Of a stretch of 64,000 nt of DNA, positions 13,198-26,384 are shown one piece after another. The notes beneath the pieces are model-generated. The model was given only the letters and a program-made list of their open reading frames with translations. It did no database searches and had not been told where the DNA came from. The position numbers and the translations under genes were made by a program. Origin of the DNA: Squalus acanthias (taxonomy: Eukaryota); NCBI GenBank assembly GCA_030390025.1, contig CM059432.1:26228001-26292000 (forward strand), read 5' to 3'. How positions within the stretch are numbered: the stretch's first letter is position 1; each line of letters starts with the position of its first letter.

Positions 13198-13410
13198 ATA
13201 CGATAGCAAAATACTGCGGATGCTGGAAATCTGAAATAACAACAGAAAACGTTGGAAAAACTCAGCAGGCCAGGCAGCATCCGTGGAGAGAGAAAGAGAG
13301 TTAACGTTTCAGGTCGATGACCTTTCGTCAGAACTGTGAAGAGCCGGAAATCAAATAGATTTAAGGCCAGAGTAAAGCTGGGAAAAGGGGGAGGGGATAA
13401 AAGAACAAAG
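13198..13410 (-). repeat. Penelope-type repeat fragment
   Basis: Same family as 4770-4970; includes the hammerhead motif. Confidence 0.6.
13298..13336 (-). ncRNA. Minimal type I hammerhead ribozyme motif
   Basis: Minus strand reads CAGUU-CUGACGA-A-AGGUC-AUC-GACCU-GAAA-CG-UU-AACU. This gives stem I AGUU/AACU, core CUGANGA, 5-bp stem II, GAAA, palindromic ACGU in place of stem III, and a UH cleavage site. Confidence 0.65.
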
Positions 13411-14059
13411 GGGGAGATGAAGAGACATTAAGAGACATTAAGAGATATGCAAGGCTAGAGGTGGTGTTAATGTGACAGATTAAGGCTGAAAGAAGTGTGA
13501 AATCCACTGGCAGAATGAAGGACAGCTGCCAGCTTCTAGGAGGAAAAAAAAAGGTGGGGGGGCAAATAAAATACATGTTGTTGTATGTTCGTAAATGATT
13601 TCTCCTCCCATGCCTGTCTATGTTGTGCTCCAGGGATCCATCTTTGCTTTCTTCAAATGCAAACTGCTACAGCTACAACATCAACAAGCATGGAATCAGC
13701 TTCCAAATGTCCACCACGGACACCCAACTCTACCGCTAACACCACCACTGACTGGAGGGCCATCACAGTACTATCCAGTATTAAGTCTTAAATTAAACTT
13801 CCTACAGCTCACTACTGGCGAAACTGAAACCATCTGTTCACCGCTCAACAGCACCGATGGATTTTTTGTTTCAACGCCATCAATTTCCCTGGCAGCTCAC
13901 TTGGGCTAAAACATCCTTCCTCATAATAGGTCTATGGCCAAAACCATTGGTGCAAATTTAGACTGGTAAGTTTGAGGCAGTAAGCATTACTGTCTCGTTT
14001 TATTGCCTCACCCATCCCCATCTCTGTAATGCCCTCCAGCCCTACAATCCCTCTGAGAA

Positions 14060-17038
14060 CTGTTGGGATGGGCACCAGCATATAGTAGAAAAGAGAAATA
14101 AGGTGTATAAAAGAGTAAATATGTTGGATAGTACTAGAGGTGGTAGTAGTACCATATTAGATAGGAGCAGACTAAAAGACTACGAAGCATTCTAAACCCA
14201 TTTTTGAATTTATGTACGTAAACGCACAAAGTGTGCTGAATAAGGTTGGTGAGCTACAAGCACAATTAGCCGTGTGGCAATATAATGTTGTGGCAATAAC
14301 GGAAACGTGGCTTAAAAACGGTGAGGACTGGGCACTTAATATTCAAGGGTACAAGGTGTTCAGAAAAGATAGGGAAGGAAAAAAGGGTGGTGGGGTGGCA
14401 GTGCTGATTAAGGAAGACATTGTACTGTTGGAAAGGGAGGATGTCCTTGAGAGGACAAGGACAGAATCCATTTGGTTAGAGTTGAGGAGCAAAAAGGGTA
14501 TGATCACGCTATTGGGGGTATTGTATAGGCCTCCAAATAGTGAGAGGGAGGTAGAGGAGCAAATCTGCAGGGAAATCACAGAGATATGCAAGAGCTTTAG
14601 AGTGGTGATATTGGGGGACTTTAATTACCCAAATATCGATTGGGATAATGCTCGAATAAAGGGAAAGGAGGGGGAGGAATTTCTGAAATGTGTTCAGGAG
14701 AATTTCCTTGACCAATATGTTCTTGGCCCAACTACGAAGGAGGCATTGCTGAATCTGGTGCTGGGGAATGAGGTGAGCCAGGTCGACCAAGTGTCTGTGG
14801 GAGAACACTTGGGTACGAGTGATCATCTTATCATAAGATTTAGATTAGCAATGGAGAGGAGCAAGGAACAATCTAGAATGGAACTTCTAAACTGGAATAG
14901 GGCTAACTTCAATGGGATGCGAAAGGATCTAGCCAGGGTAAAATGGAACCAAAGACTGACAGGAAAAACTGTAACGGAACAATGGGTGATCTTTAAGGAG
15001 GAGATGTTCCAAGTACAGGCTAGGTACATTCCAACAAGAGGGAAGGGTAAGAGAACAAAAATAAGGGCTCCTTGGATGACGAGGGAGATAGAGAAGATGA
15101 TGAAACAAAAAAAGAGGTTGTATGATGCACGTCAGGTGAATTCTTCAAAAGGAGAACCAGACCAAATACAATAAGTTGAGAGGGGATGTGAAGATGAAAA
15201 TAAGATTGGCAAAGAAAGAATATGAGAGTAGAATGGTGGTTAACATAAAAGGGAACCCAAAAATCTTCTACCGGCATGTAAACAGTAAGCGGGTAGTAAG
15301 AGGCGGGATGGGGCCTATTACAGACAACGAAGATGATAAATGTTTAGAAGCGCAGGGCAAGGATAGAATACTCAATGAGTACTTTGTATTTACTAAGAAG
15401 GTGGATGCTGACAAAATATCAGCAGAAGCAATGGAAGGGGTGAAAATTGATAGACAGGATGTACTAGAAAGGCTGGGTATGATTAGAGAGGACAAGTCGC
15501 CTGGTCCAGATGGCTTGCATCCCAGGTTGCTAAGGGAATTGGGGAAGGTGATAGCGGAAGGGCTTGCCATAATTTCCCAATCTTCCATAGATGTGGGCGA
15601 GGTGTCTGAGGATTGGAAAGTGGCAAATGTGACACCATTGTCCAAGAAAGTGTGTAAGGACAATCCTAGTAACTACAGGCCAGTCAGTTTAACATCAATG
15701 GTGGATAAAGTTTTAGAAACAATAATCAAGGAAAAAATTAACGGGCACTTGGAGAGGTTTAAGCTAATTAAGGAGAGCCAACATGGATTTGTAAAAGGCA
15801 GATCGTGTTTGATTAATCTAATTGAATTTTTTGTTGAAGTAACAGAGAAAATTCATGAAGGGAATGCAATGGATGTTGTCTACATGGATTTTCGGAAGGC
15901 ATTTGACAAAGTACCACGTAGAAGGCTGGTTAACAAAATTGAGGCTCATGGAATAGGTGGGTCAGTGGCAGCTTGGATAAGGAATTGGTTTAAGGACAGA
16001 AAACAGCGAGTTGTGGTAAATGGCTGTTTTTCAGACTGGAGGATGGTAGACAGTGGTGTTCCCCAAGGGTCAGTGCTGGGGCCACTGCTTTTTTTGATAT
16101 ATATATAAAAAAATGACCTGGATATTGGAATACAGAGTAGAATTTCTAAATTTGCCGATGACACCAAACTTGGGGGTGTGGCAAACAGTGATGATGATAC
16201 CAATCGACTGCAACAGGACATAGAAAGGCTAGCAGAATGGGCAGACAAGTGGCAGATGGAATTTAATAGAGAGAAGTGAGGTGATGCATTTTGGCAGAAG
16301 GAACAGGGAGAGGCAATATACACTTAATGGCACAGTTTTAAAGAGTGTGCAGGGACAGAGGCACCTGGGAGTTAATGTGCGTAGGTCCCTGAAGGTGGCG
16401 GGACATATTGAGAGAGTGGTTAACAAAGCATATGGGATCTTGAGCTTCATAAATAGAGGTATTGAGTACAAAAGTAGAGAAGTTATGCTGAACCTTTATA
16501 AAGCACTGGTTAGGCCACAACTGGAGTATTGCGTCCAGTTCTGGTCACCACACTTTAGGAAGGATGTGAAGGCCCTTGAGAGGGTGCAGAGGAGATTTAC
16601 CAGAATGGTTCCGGGGATGGGGGATCTTAGCTACAAGGACGGGCTGGAGAAGCTGGATTTGTTTTCATTAGAGCAAAGGAGGTTGAGGGGTGATTTGAAA
16701 GAGGTGTACAAGATTATGATGGGTTTGGATAGGCTAGATGGGGAAAGGCTGTTCCCACTAGTTGATGGTACAAGGACTAGGGGACACAGATTTAAGGTTT
16801 GGGCAAGAGATACAGGGGGGGATGTGAGAAAAAACTTTTTTACGCACCGAGTGGTGATGACCTGGAATTCGTTGCCGACGGAAGTGGGGGAAGGGGAGAC
16901 TGGATCGGCACTTGAGGGAAATAAACTTGCAGGGTTAAGGGGATAGAGCGGGGAAATGGGACTGACTGGATTGCTCTAAAGAGAGCCGGCGGGACTCGAT
17001 GGGCCAAATGGCCACCTTCTGTGTTGTTATGACTCTCT
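14060..17038 (+). mobile_element. CR1 LINE with nearly complete but broken ORF2
   Basis: ORFs 14212-15174 (endonuclease: YVNAQS, ITETWL, GGGVA, LGDFN, SDH), 15176-16108 (RT) and 16281-16946 (C-terminus). Stops and frameshifts present; TATGACTC tail. Confidence 0.93.
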
Positions 17039-18345
17039 GGCCGCGATCTTACGGGCAACACGGTGGCATAGTGGTTAGCACTGGTGCCTCACAGCGCCAG
17101 AGACCCGGGTTCGAATCTGACCTCGGGTGACTGTCTGTGTGGAGTTTGCACATTCTCCCCGTGTCTGCGTGGGTTTCCTCCGGGTGCTCCGGTTTCCTCC
17201 CACAGTCCAAAAATGTGTGGGTTAGGTTGATTTGGCTATGATAAATTGACCCTTAGTGTTAGGGGGGATTAAATATGTGGGGTTATGGGGATAGGATGGG
17301 ATATGTTAGGGGGAATTAAATACGTGGGGTTACGGGGGTAGGGTGGGATATGTGTACTGTGGGGATTAAAGCAGGGACAGGGTACTGGATTTGGATGATC
17401 AGCCATGATCGTATTGAATGGCGGAGCAGGCTCGACGGGCCGAATGGCCTACTCCTGCTCCTAGATTCTATGTTTCTATGTTTCTATGTTTCTTACCTCT
17501 CGGTGCGGCTTGGGGGCGGGACAGCTGCCTCCCGGGTTCCAATCCCGCCCCCAACGACGTCCGAAGCTCAGACGTGATTTTGCGTGAATTGGCCTTGTTC
17601 AGCCCACCCTGCGGGCTTGCTGGACAATTAAGAGAAAGCCGGTGTCAGATGATCTCAGTTGATGACGCGTCATCTGCCGGTTTTCTTAAAGGGGCCATGC
17701 ACAATTTTTTTTGACAGGTGATTTTCAATGTTTGACAGCATTGAGGTGCTGCAAACACTGACAATCACTGTACAAAGGTGAGCCCTTGGACCCAGGCTCT
17801 CCAGTGACTCCCTCCTTAGGCTAGAACAGATGGCAGCTGCAGGTGAGGTTACAGAAGCGATCTGTCACTGGTGAGAGAGGTTTCCCAATGAGGTGGGACT
17901 ACACAAACAATTCAAAACTTGTCACCGACAGAAAAGTCTAAATACATTAAAAAAGATTTTCCCAACATTTCCTTAACTCTGAAACTCACCAGTGTACCAT
18001 TGGATCCTTCACACCACTTCTGCAGCTGTCATCAGTGCACAAACATTACAGTAGACCTCATAGCACGCCACACTTACCTGGCGTGATGTCCGGACATCGG
18101 GAAGCCCGCAGTACACCTGTCAAAATTGCAAAAAGCCTCTTAACTGCCTGTTAACAAGCAGTTAAGTGCCTATAATCTTCTTCCCGCCGCTAGGTGTCGG
18201 GTCCATGCGCAAATCGGGGACCCGACACCTGGGAAGATTGTTTGGAGGCGGGTTGACAGCGGGTTTCCGACCCGCTGTCAATCTTTGCGATTGTGTTGGA
18301 TGTCCCGCCTCCAAACCCACCCCGAATGCCGGCAAAATTCCGGCC
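17039..18345 (+). mobile_element. Non-autonomous Harbinger element (family A, shorter deletion derivative)
   Basis: Ends GGCCGCGATCTT / AAAATTCCGGCC. Internal blocks (GATGACGCGTCATC, GAGGTGCTGCAAACACTG, GACCCGACACCTGGGA) are shared with 279-4197 and 45538-47306. Confidence 0.75.
17053..17490 (+). mobile_element. HE1-like V-SINE (tRNA-derived head, V-domain, CR1/HER1-type tail)
   Basis: Pol III A box (TGGCATAGTGG) and B box (GGTTCGAATC); V-domain (TGTGTGGAGTTTGCACATTCTCCCCGTGTCTGCGTGGGTTTCCTCCGGG); LINE-like 3' end with (CTATGTTT)n; TSD TCTTAC (17047-17052, 17491-17496). Confidence 0.88.
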
Positions 18346-18561
18346 TATGACTCTATATTCCACGGCAATCCAGCAGCAGCAGGGGGAGGGTGTGGAAAGG
18401 GGACAAAAAGCAACATAAACCGCAGAACCCCTGAAGTTTACCTCAATCTAAAGCTAGAGACAACTTGATTTTCAATACTTTTGCAGGTTCTCAGATTTTA
18501 TTCAGTACAGCGACATGATGCTGGTAAATCAGATGTTTTGGTGAGCTGCAGGCACAACTTC

Positions 18562-19640
18562 CCGCTCCCTCATCGTTACCTCTGGTGTCCCCCAAGGATC
18601 TATCCTTGGCCCCCCTCCCACTTCTCATCCACATGTAGCCCCTTGGCTACATCATCCAAAAATACAGCGTCAGTTTCCACATGTACACCCTGCTGACGAC
18701 ACCCAGCTCTACCTCACCATCACTTTGCTCAACCCTTCCACGGTCTCTAAATTGTCTGACTGCAGGTCCGACATCCAGTTCTGGATGAGCAAAAATGTTC
18801 TCCAATTAAATATTGGGAAGACCAAAGCCATTGTTTTCGGTCCCCGCCACAAACTCCATTCCCTAGCCACTGACTCCATCCCTCTCCCTAACATCTGTCT
18901 GAGGCTGAACCACACTGTTCGCAACCTTGGTGTCATATTTGACCCTGAAATGAGCTTCCGACCACATATCTGCAGCATAACTAAGAATGCCTATTTTCAC
19001 CTCTGTAACATCGCCCGTCTCCCCCCTTGTCTCAGCTCATCCGCTGGTGAAACCCTCATCCATGCCTTTGTTACCTCTAGACTTGACTATTCCAACACAC
19101 TCCTGGCTGGCCTCCCACATTCTACCCTACATAAACTTGAGGTGATCCAAAACTCGGCTGCCCGTGTCCTAACTCGCACCAAGTCCCTGTTCACCCATCA
19201 CCCCTGTGCTCGCTGACCTACATTGGCTCCCGGTTAAGCAACGCCCCGATTTCAAAATTCTCATCCCTCCATGGCCTCGCCCTCCCTATCTCTGTAATCT
19301 CCTTCAGCCCCACAACCCCCCCCCCCCCCCAGAGACATCTGTGCTCCTCTAATTCTGGCCTCTTGATCATCCCTGATTATAATCGCTCAACCATTGGTGG
19401 CCGTTGCCTAGTCCCTAAGCTCTGGAATTCCCTGCCTAAACCTGTCCGCCTCGCTACCTCTCCTTCCTCCTTTAAGACGCTCCTTAAAACCTACCTCTTT
19501 GACCAAGCTTTTGGTCACCTGCCCTAATTTCTCCTTATGTGGCTCGGTGTCAAATTATTTGTCTTTTAATACTCCTGTGAAGCGCCTTGGGACGTTTTAC
19601 TACGTTAAAGGCGCTATATAAATACAAGTTGTTGTTGTTG
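18562..19640 (+). mobile_element. L2-clade LINE 3' fragment
   Basis: GVPQGSILGP-like start; ORF 18725-19216 (LQLNIGKT, RNLGVIFD, LIHAFVTSRLDYSN); (GTT)n tail; homologous to 12155-13192. Confidence 0.88.
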
Positions 19641-21930
19641 AATCTATTTGGCTTGAGTTAAGGAACAGAGGGGGAGCCATTACATTGTTGGGAATTTGTT
19701 TATAGAGCTTCAGACAGTGAGAAGGAGATAGATCAGAAAATTTCAAAGGGGTGTAGAGTAGTACTATTAGGGGAGACTTTAATGACCCAAATAGAGACTG
19801 GGAAAAACATAGTGATACGGGTAGGGAAGGAGAGGAATTTCTGATGTGTACAGGAGAACTTTTTCGATCAATATGTCTCCAGTCCAACAGGAGGGAAGCA
19901 GTTTTGGATCTGGTTCTGGGAAATGAAGTAGAACAAGTGGAGTGTGGTACAGTAGGAGATGATCTAGCTCACAGTGACTACAACATAATTCGGTTTAAAG
20001 TAATTATGGAAAGAGACCAGAAAATCTCAAAGGTAAAAACTTTCAACAGGGGAAGTGCTAATTTCAGTGATTTAAGAAGGGACCTAGCACAGGTAGATTG
20101 GAAAAGGTGATTACAAGGAAAAGCAGTAATGGAGCAATGGAGGGGATTCAGGGAAGAGATAGTTCAAGTACAAACTAGGCATATTCCTTTGAAGGGAAAA
20201 GGTAGAGCATCCAAAGCTAATGCGCCTTGGATAACAAAGGAAATAAAAGTTAAAATAAAACAGAAAAGGAGGCTTATGATAAATTTCAGGAGCAAGATTC
20301 AGTTAATAGCCAGGAAGATTATGGAAAGTACAAGAGGGAATTGAAAAAGTTAATACGGGAGGCAAAGAGAGGTTATGAGAAAAGATTAGCAGGCACCATT
20401 AAATTGAACCCTAAAACATTATATAAAGTGCAAGCGGTTAGCTAAGAGAAAAAGTTGGGCCTATTAAGGACCCAAAGGGAAACTTTCATGTAGAGGCAGA
20501 GAACATGGTTAAAGTCTTAAATGAGTACTTTGCATCTGTCTTCACAAAGTAAGCGGATGATGTGAAGGTTACACAAGAGGAAAGTTATGGACAGGACAGT
20601 AATAGAGAAGACATACTAAAACGATTAGCATTACTGAAAGCTGACAAGTCACCTGGTCCAGAAGGAATACATCCTAGGTTTCTGAATGAAGCAAAGGTAG
20701 AAATAGCAGAGGCATTAGTCACGATCTTTCAATCGTCACTGGATACAGGAGTAGTGCCGGAGGACAGGAGGGTTGCTAATGTTATACCACTATTTAAGAA
20801 AGGATAAACCAGGAAACTACAGGCCAGTCAGCCTAACATTAGTGGTGGGGAAGTTATTTGAAACCATTATCGGGGACAAAATTAACCCATGCCTTTCCAA
20901 ATGAAGTTTTATCAAGAAGTGTCAGCATGGATTTGTTAAAGGCAAATTGTGTCTCACTAACTTGACTGAATTCTTTGATGAGGTAAGAGAGAAAGTGGAT
21001 CAAGGTAGTGCAGTAGATGTTGCATATCTAGACTTTCAGAAGGCATTCGACAAAGTGCCACACATGAAGCTTATTAAGGAGATGGAAGCCCATGGATTTA
21101 AGGGGAAAGTGGCGGTATGGATATAAAATTGGCTCAGTGACAGGAAGCACAGGGTGGTGGTGGATGGATGTGTTTCAAACTGGGAGGCAGTTTGCAGTGG
21201 TGTTCCCCAAGGGTCAGGTTTGAGTCCATTACTTTCAATTTTTATAAGTGACCTAGACTCGGGTGTAGGGAGCAGCATTATACAGTTTGCAGATGATACA
21301 AAACTTGGCAAAGTAGTGATAGTGACGAGGATAGTTATAGGCTTCAGGATAACATAAACAGGATGGTGAAATGGTCAAAAGCATGGCAGCTGGAGTTCAA
21401 TGTGAAGAAGAGCGAAGTGATGCACTTTGGGAGGACTAATATGGAAAGGCAGTATACTATAAATGGCACAATTTTGAAAAGTGTAGATGAGCAGAGAGAC
21501 CTTGGTGTCCAAATACACAAATCCTTAAAAGGTGGAAGGGCAAGTTGATAAGGTGGTTAAAAGGCGTATAGGTTTATAAATAGAAGAAAAGAATATAAAA
21601 GCAAAGAGATCATACTAGAACTTTATAAATCACTGGTTAGGCCTCAGCTGGTGTACTGTGGACAATTCTGCGCACCACACTTCAGGAAAGATGTAAAGGC
21701 CTTAGAAAGGGTACAGAATAGGTTTACCAGGGATGAGAGACTTCAGTTACGACGAGAGGTTGGAAAAGGTAGGACTGTTCTCCTTGGAACATCTAAGAGG
21801 TGGTTTAATAGAGGTTTTCAAGATGATGAGAGGTTTTGATAGAGTAGAGAGAGAAAAATTATTCCCTCTGGTGAGTTAGTCAATAATTAGAGGTCATAGA
21901 TTCAAGATCTAGAGGGGAGATGAGGAGACA
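19641..21930 (+). mobile_element. Decayed CR1 LINE ORF2
   Basis: Fragmented endonuclease and RT motifs (LDLVLGNE, KSPGPEGIHPR, SGVPQGS, FADDTKLG). Confidence 0.85.
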
Positions 21931-22485
21931 TGGGAACAGGAGGCGGCCATTCAGCCCGTCGAGCTTTTTCTGCATTTAATTAGATCATGGTTGATCTGTA
22001 TCTTAACTCCATTTACCCACCTTATCCCTTAATATCCTTACCTAACAAAAATCTATCAATCTCAGTTTTGACATTTTTCAATTGCCCTAACCTCAACAGC
22101 TTTTTGGAGAAGAGAGTTACAGATTTCCATTCCCCTTTGTGTGAAGAAGTGCTTCCTGACATTAGGCCTGAACAGACTAGCTCTAATTTTAAAGTTGTGC
22201 CCCCTTGATCTGGACTCTTCCACATGAGGAAATAAGATTCTCTCTATCTACTGCATCATATCCTTTAATCATCATAAAGACCTCAATTAGATCACCTCTT
22301 AATCTTCTTTACTCTACAGAATGCAAGCTTAGTCTATGCAACCTCTCCTCAATTTAACTCTCTAAGCCCCGGTATCAGTCTGGTGAATCTGCACTGCACC
22401 CATCGAAGGCCAATATATCTTTCCTGAGGTGCGGTGCCCAGAACTGAACACAGTACTCCAAATGCAGTCTAAGCAGAGCTCTACA
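21928..22485 (-). mobile_element. CR1 LINE 3' fragment (opposite orientation)
   Basis: Reverse complement of a CR1 3' UTR and C-terminal coding sequence (KTEIDRFLLGKDIKG). Confidence 0.75.
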
Positions 22486-23629
22486 CAAGCTCTTAAATTA
22501 AGTCTGCCAGATCGGCTCAAGTCACAGATGTGGAATCCACCTTTCTTGTATCATGATGTGGTTTCCGCAGCAGCTGGAATATAGAAAAACACTGCCCATG
22601 TGCAAGCTGTGCATGCACACTTGTTTAAGGTACCTTTCCTAATTATGACTCTATGTACCTGACAGCAATACATTTCCTAACACGCAGGGCAAGCATGTAC
22701 AGATCTGCAAACTCAAAAAACACTTTGAGGCTTGCACGAGTAGGCTATGCTACTCGGCTCATTCGCAAACAGAAAACTATAGCCACCTCTAGAAGCAAGA
22801 TTCTTTTGGTTTATACTGCCATTGGGTGCGTTGCTGCCTTGGGAGGCATCCAAAGTAACCTCTTCTGATGGTGCACATTGTCGCCAGAGACGGCAGAAAC
22901 TCTGTTTATTTTACTGCCACCAATATCAGAACTGCTCAGTGACAGCTAGGTAAAGTTAACATTCTATCGAAACAAGAAGCATGTGAAGGTGTCTTTGGTA
23001 CTGGTGCTATTTACTGTTGTTCAACAAGAACTTTGAGAAACAGATGTCTTCAAATTATAACTAATGAACTTGAAATGTGCACAAGATGAAAGTGATAGAG
23101 ACATGCGTGAAATTTTTCAACAGGCAGACAAAATGCATTAGAACCATCAAAGCTTAAAGCCACTCTGCCCATTATATCTGTGCCAGCTCTGTTAGATTAA
23201 TCCAAAACTAATCCCATTGCCCTGCTCTGTCCCCATAACTATCTTCTTCCACGTCAAATACATATCCAATTCTCTCTTAAAAGTTACCATTCAAGTTGAC
23301 TTGTCACTAACTCCCAGCCTTATTATTCTTCTGAAAATTATGGTCTTTTAATAACATTTATTAAACCTTCTCTGCTCCAGTGGAAATAGTCCCACTATCT
23401 CAAGTTTATTCTCATAAATATATAGTTTGCCATTGCTAGCATAACCTTGGCGAATCTGCTGTACGCTCTTGATGTCTATAATGGGACACCCAAAACTACT
23501 TACAGTACTCTCAATTGTGGCCTAAACACTGACTTGTGCAAGTGTATTATTTCTTTGTCCCTGTACTCTATGCCCCATTTATAAAATTCAATACACAAAC
23601 GGAACGGCAAATCATAATGTCTCCATTTG

Positions 23630-24500
23630 CAGGCTTAATAGGGGCTAAATTGGGCTATGCCTCTTTTAGGAGCCCTACGGCCACCTAACGCTCAGAAATT
23701 GGGTCCGATATGTGCATACACACTTCCGATGGGAAGTGCGCCGGATGCCATCTTGGTAAAGGGGTTTGCAAGAACGCACCAAACGACCACTGGCAGCATG
23801 CTGAGCAGGCAGATCATGACGCGAATCAGTGTGCAACGCTGATTTGATGCCAGCACTGCCGTTTTCCAACTTCCCACTCCAGCCAATGCCCTGTCTTAAC
23901 CTCACACAGCTGAACATGACTTTAAACAGAATGATGGACCCCCCCACCAGCGCTATTTAAAGGGATCATGAAATACTTACAGGTTAGTTGCTGGATTATT
24001 TCTTCTTGCTGCTGGTGCAATTGTACATGTTTTTGGAGCTTTCCTATGCTTGGTTAAAGTTTGAATAGTCTGCAGGGAGTGGTCTGGCTGGTGCCGAAGT
24101 ACTTTTTGTTCATTTAAAAGCTTGTGCTGGAACAAGTTGCTTCCAGACATGGGTCACCTGGTAGGGCTTCCTCTGGGAATTGAACATGATTGGGAGAATG
24201 AAGAGAGGCCACGCAGAGCAAGACAAGCTGCTAGAAAAGGGAGGAGTACTAGGAGGAGAAGGACGACTCTCAGCAAGAGGCCATCTCCGTCAAGGGTCTT
24301 TAGGGAGCAATTCGCTTATATCAACTTCAGCAAGGAGGACCGATCTCATTCCCTCTTGCCAGAGATAAGCAGGCAGAGCAAACACAAAGGTTTGCACTGA
24401 GTGCATGCTTTCCCATGCTGCAGGGTGCCATTGACTGCACACACATTGCCTTGCATGCGCCTCATGTGAACTCGGCCATTTTCATGAACCGAAAGGGATT
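23630..24500 (+). pseudogene. Harbinger element fragment with N-terminal transposase remnant
   Basis: ATG at 24149 gives MGHLVGLPLGIEHDWENEER...RPSPSRVFREQFAYINFSKE. After a deletion, another frame reads FPMLQGAIDCTHIALHAPHVNSAIFMNRKGFHS (HARBI1-type first catalytic D). Homologous to 58890-60400. Confidence 0.8.
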
Positions 24501-24720
24501 TCACTCCATTGCAGCTGCTGGGTGACCAATATTTATCCCTCAATCAACCTCACAAAACAGATTATCTGGTCATTAATCTCATTGCAGTTTGTGGGACCTT
24601 GCTGTGCTCAAGCTGGCTGCATTACAACAGTAATTGCACTTCAAAAGTACTTGACTGGCTGTGCAACCCTTGGACATTCTGAGGTTGTGATAGGTGCTAT
24701 ATAAATGCAAGTATTTTCCT
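24500..24720 (+). mobile_element. DeuSINE (SacSINE1-like) 3' part
   Basis: CCAATATTTATCCCTCAATCAAC...CAGATTATCTGGTCATT...CTTCAAAAGTAC...GCTATATAAATGCAAG. Confidence 0.75.
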
Positions 24721-24959
24721 TTTTCTTACTACTTTAAAAAAACACATTAAAAGCAAAACAAAAGCCTTGAAGTAAGAACAGCAGAACTGATCATGCATGG
24801 ATGGATGCCATATCAGGGAAGCTTAAAAAAGATATAAATCTAGGCAATGGGAAAACAACAAATTAAAAAATAGCCAAAGTTGATAAATTAAATCACAAAT
24901 CTTGCAATAAAATCATGCAAGTTAACAGTATGCCGTAACACATGCTACACTGACCTCTA

Positions 24960-25800
24960 CCTATAAAAACTCAAACAATTAAAATGCTAGAAGACATATC
25001 CTAGAATTGTCAAGGAAGTGAGCAATTGGTAATCCTCTGGTTAATATTTTTAGGATTGCGATACATACCTGAAGACTGAAGGACAGAAAATATTATTTCA
25101 ATATTTAAAACATGTGTGAGGCATGAACTTGGTAACTATAAGCCAGTTAGCCTAATAACTGTAGTGAAGAAAATGCTTGAGCATTGTACAGTACACTATC
25201 AATGTTCATCATGCTATCAAACGTCATCTAAAAGAGCACAGAGCTCGGATTTACAAACTGTTTAAGAGTCACAAATCAACTTAATTCTTTGAAGAGATAA
25301 ATAAATGAATGAAGTCTACCCAGTTGAGTTTCACAAAGACATTTGATAAAGTTCCACAAGACCTTTAAAGGCAGCTACGGCTTAAATGAATGGCAAATGA
25401 CCTACCTGGCAACAGAAGTTAAGGACTGATAAATAAAAAGGCTGAGGCAGTGACTACTGAAGTGCTACAAGAATTCTTTGCTGTTCACACTATTTATAAG
25501 CAGCACTAAGAAGTACTTCTTAAACTGTTGAATTTTCTGATGACATTAAGCTGTGTGGCCAGATTATAAAATGTTAATGTCCTTCAAATAGATCTGACCA
25601 ACTAGACAGATGGGCTGAGGAATGGCAGATGGATTATCAGGTGAATAACTGCAAGGTATTCCACAATAGAATAGTAAACATGCATATTTGACGAGGAGGT
25701 GCCCATTAAGATTGAAAATGAAAATAATTTGACTGTTACTAACAAACCTAAATCATGTACTGGTACATATTTTATTGCAAGTGAAAACAAGGTACTGTAC
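24960..25800 (+). mobile_element. Highly decayed CR1-like LINE
   Basis: Residual GNYKPVSL, (A)FDKVP, FSDDIKL and WAEEWQM-like motifs across frames. Confidence 0.5.
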
Positions 25801-26384
25801 CTTCTTCACTCGAATAAATTTTTAGTGAGGCCACTTTTGAAAAACTATATGCAAAATATTGTATGAAAACAGCAACTGTAAATAAAAACGTTTGGGATAA
25901 GCAAAAAAACACAATCATCACCAATGAGCAAATTCAATCAGCAAGATTAAAGTACTTGTTTGAAGAACAGAATTACTATGTATATCATTTATTTTACTCA
26001 GCATTGAGTTAATTCCATATCATGATGGTAGGCTAACCTTGCAACCTTACTAAATGTTTTATCCTATATACCCTGCATATTAATCATACATCATTCATTT
26101 ATCCCCATTCATTTATCCCAGTAATACAGGGTGACAAGCATTTAAAGTTGTTTTAATTACTATTTGGTATAATCAGTATTTTGTCTTTTTCCTTACACCC
26201 AGCTGTGAAGCACCTTGGAACGTTTCTTTACACTAAATGCACAATACAAATGCAAGTTGTTGTAGTAAATCATTACTTTAAATTTAATTATTTTGTTTCA
26301 ATCTACTCTTATTAACTAACGTGCTCACTTCAGATCTTTGCAGGCATAAAAGAAAGCAGCTTCCTCCGTGTTAGCAGCTCCCAC

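Noticed and set aside
17053..17130. tRNA gene
   Set aside because: The A/B boxes belong to the SINE head, which continues into the V-domain and LINE tail and is bounded by a TSD.
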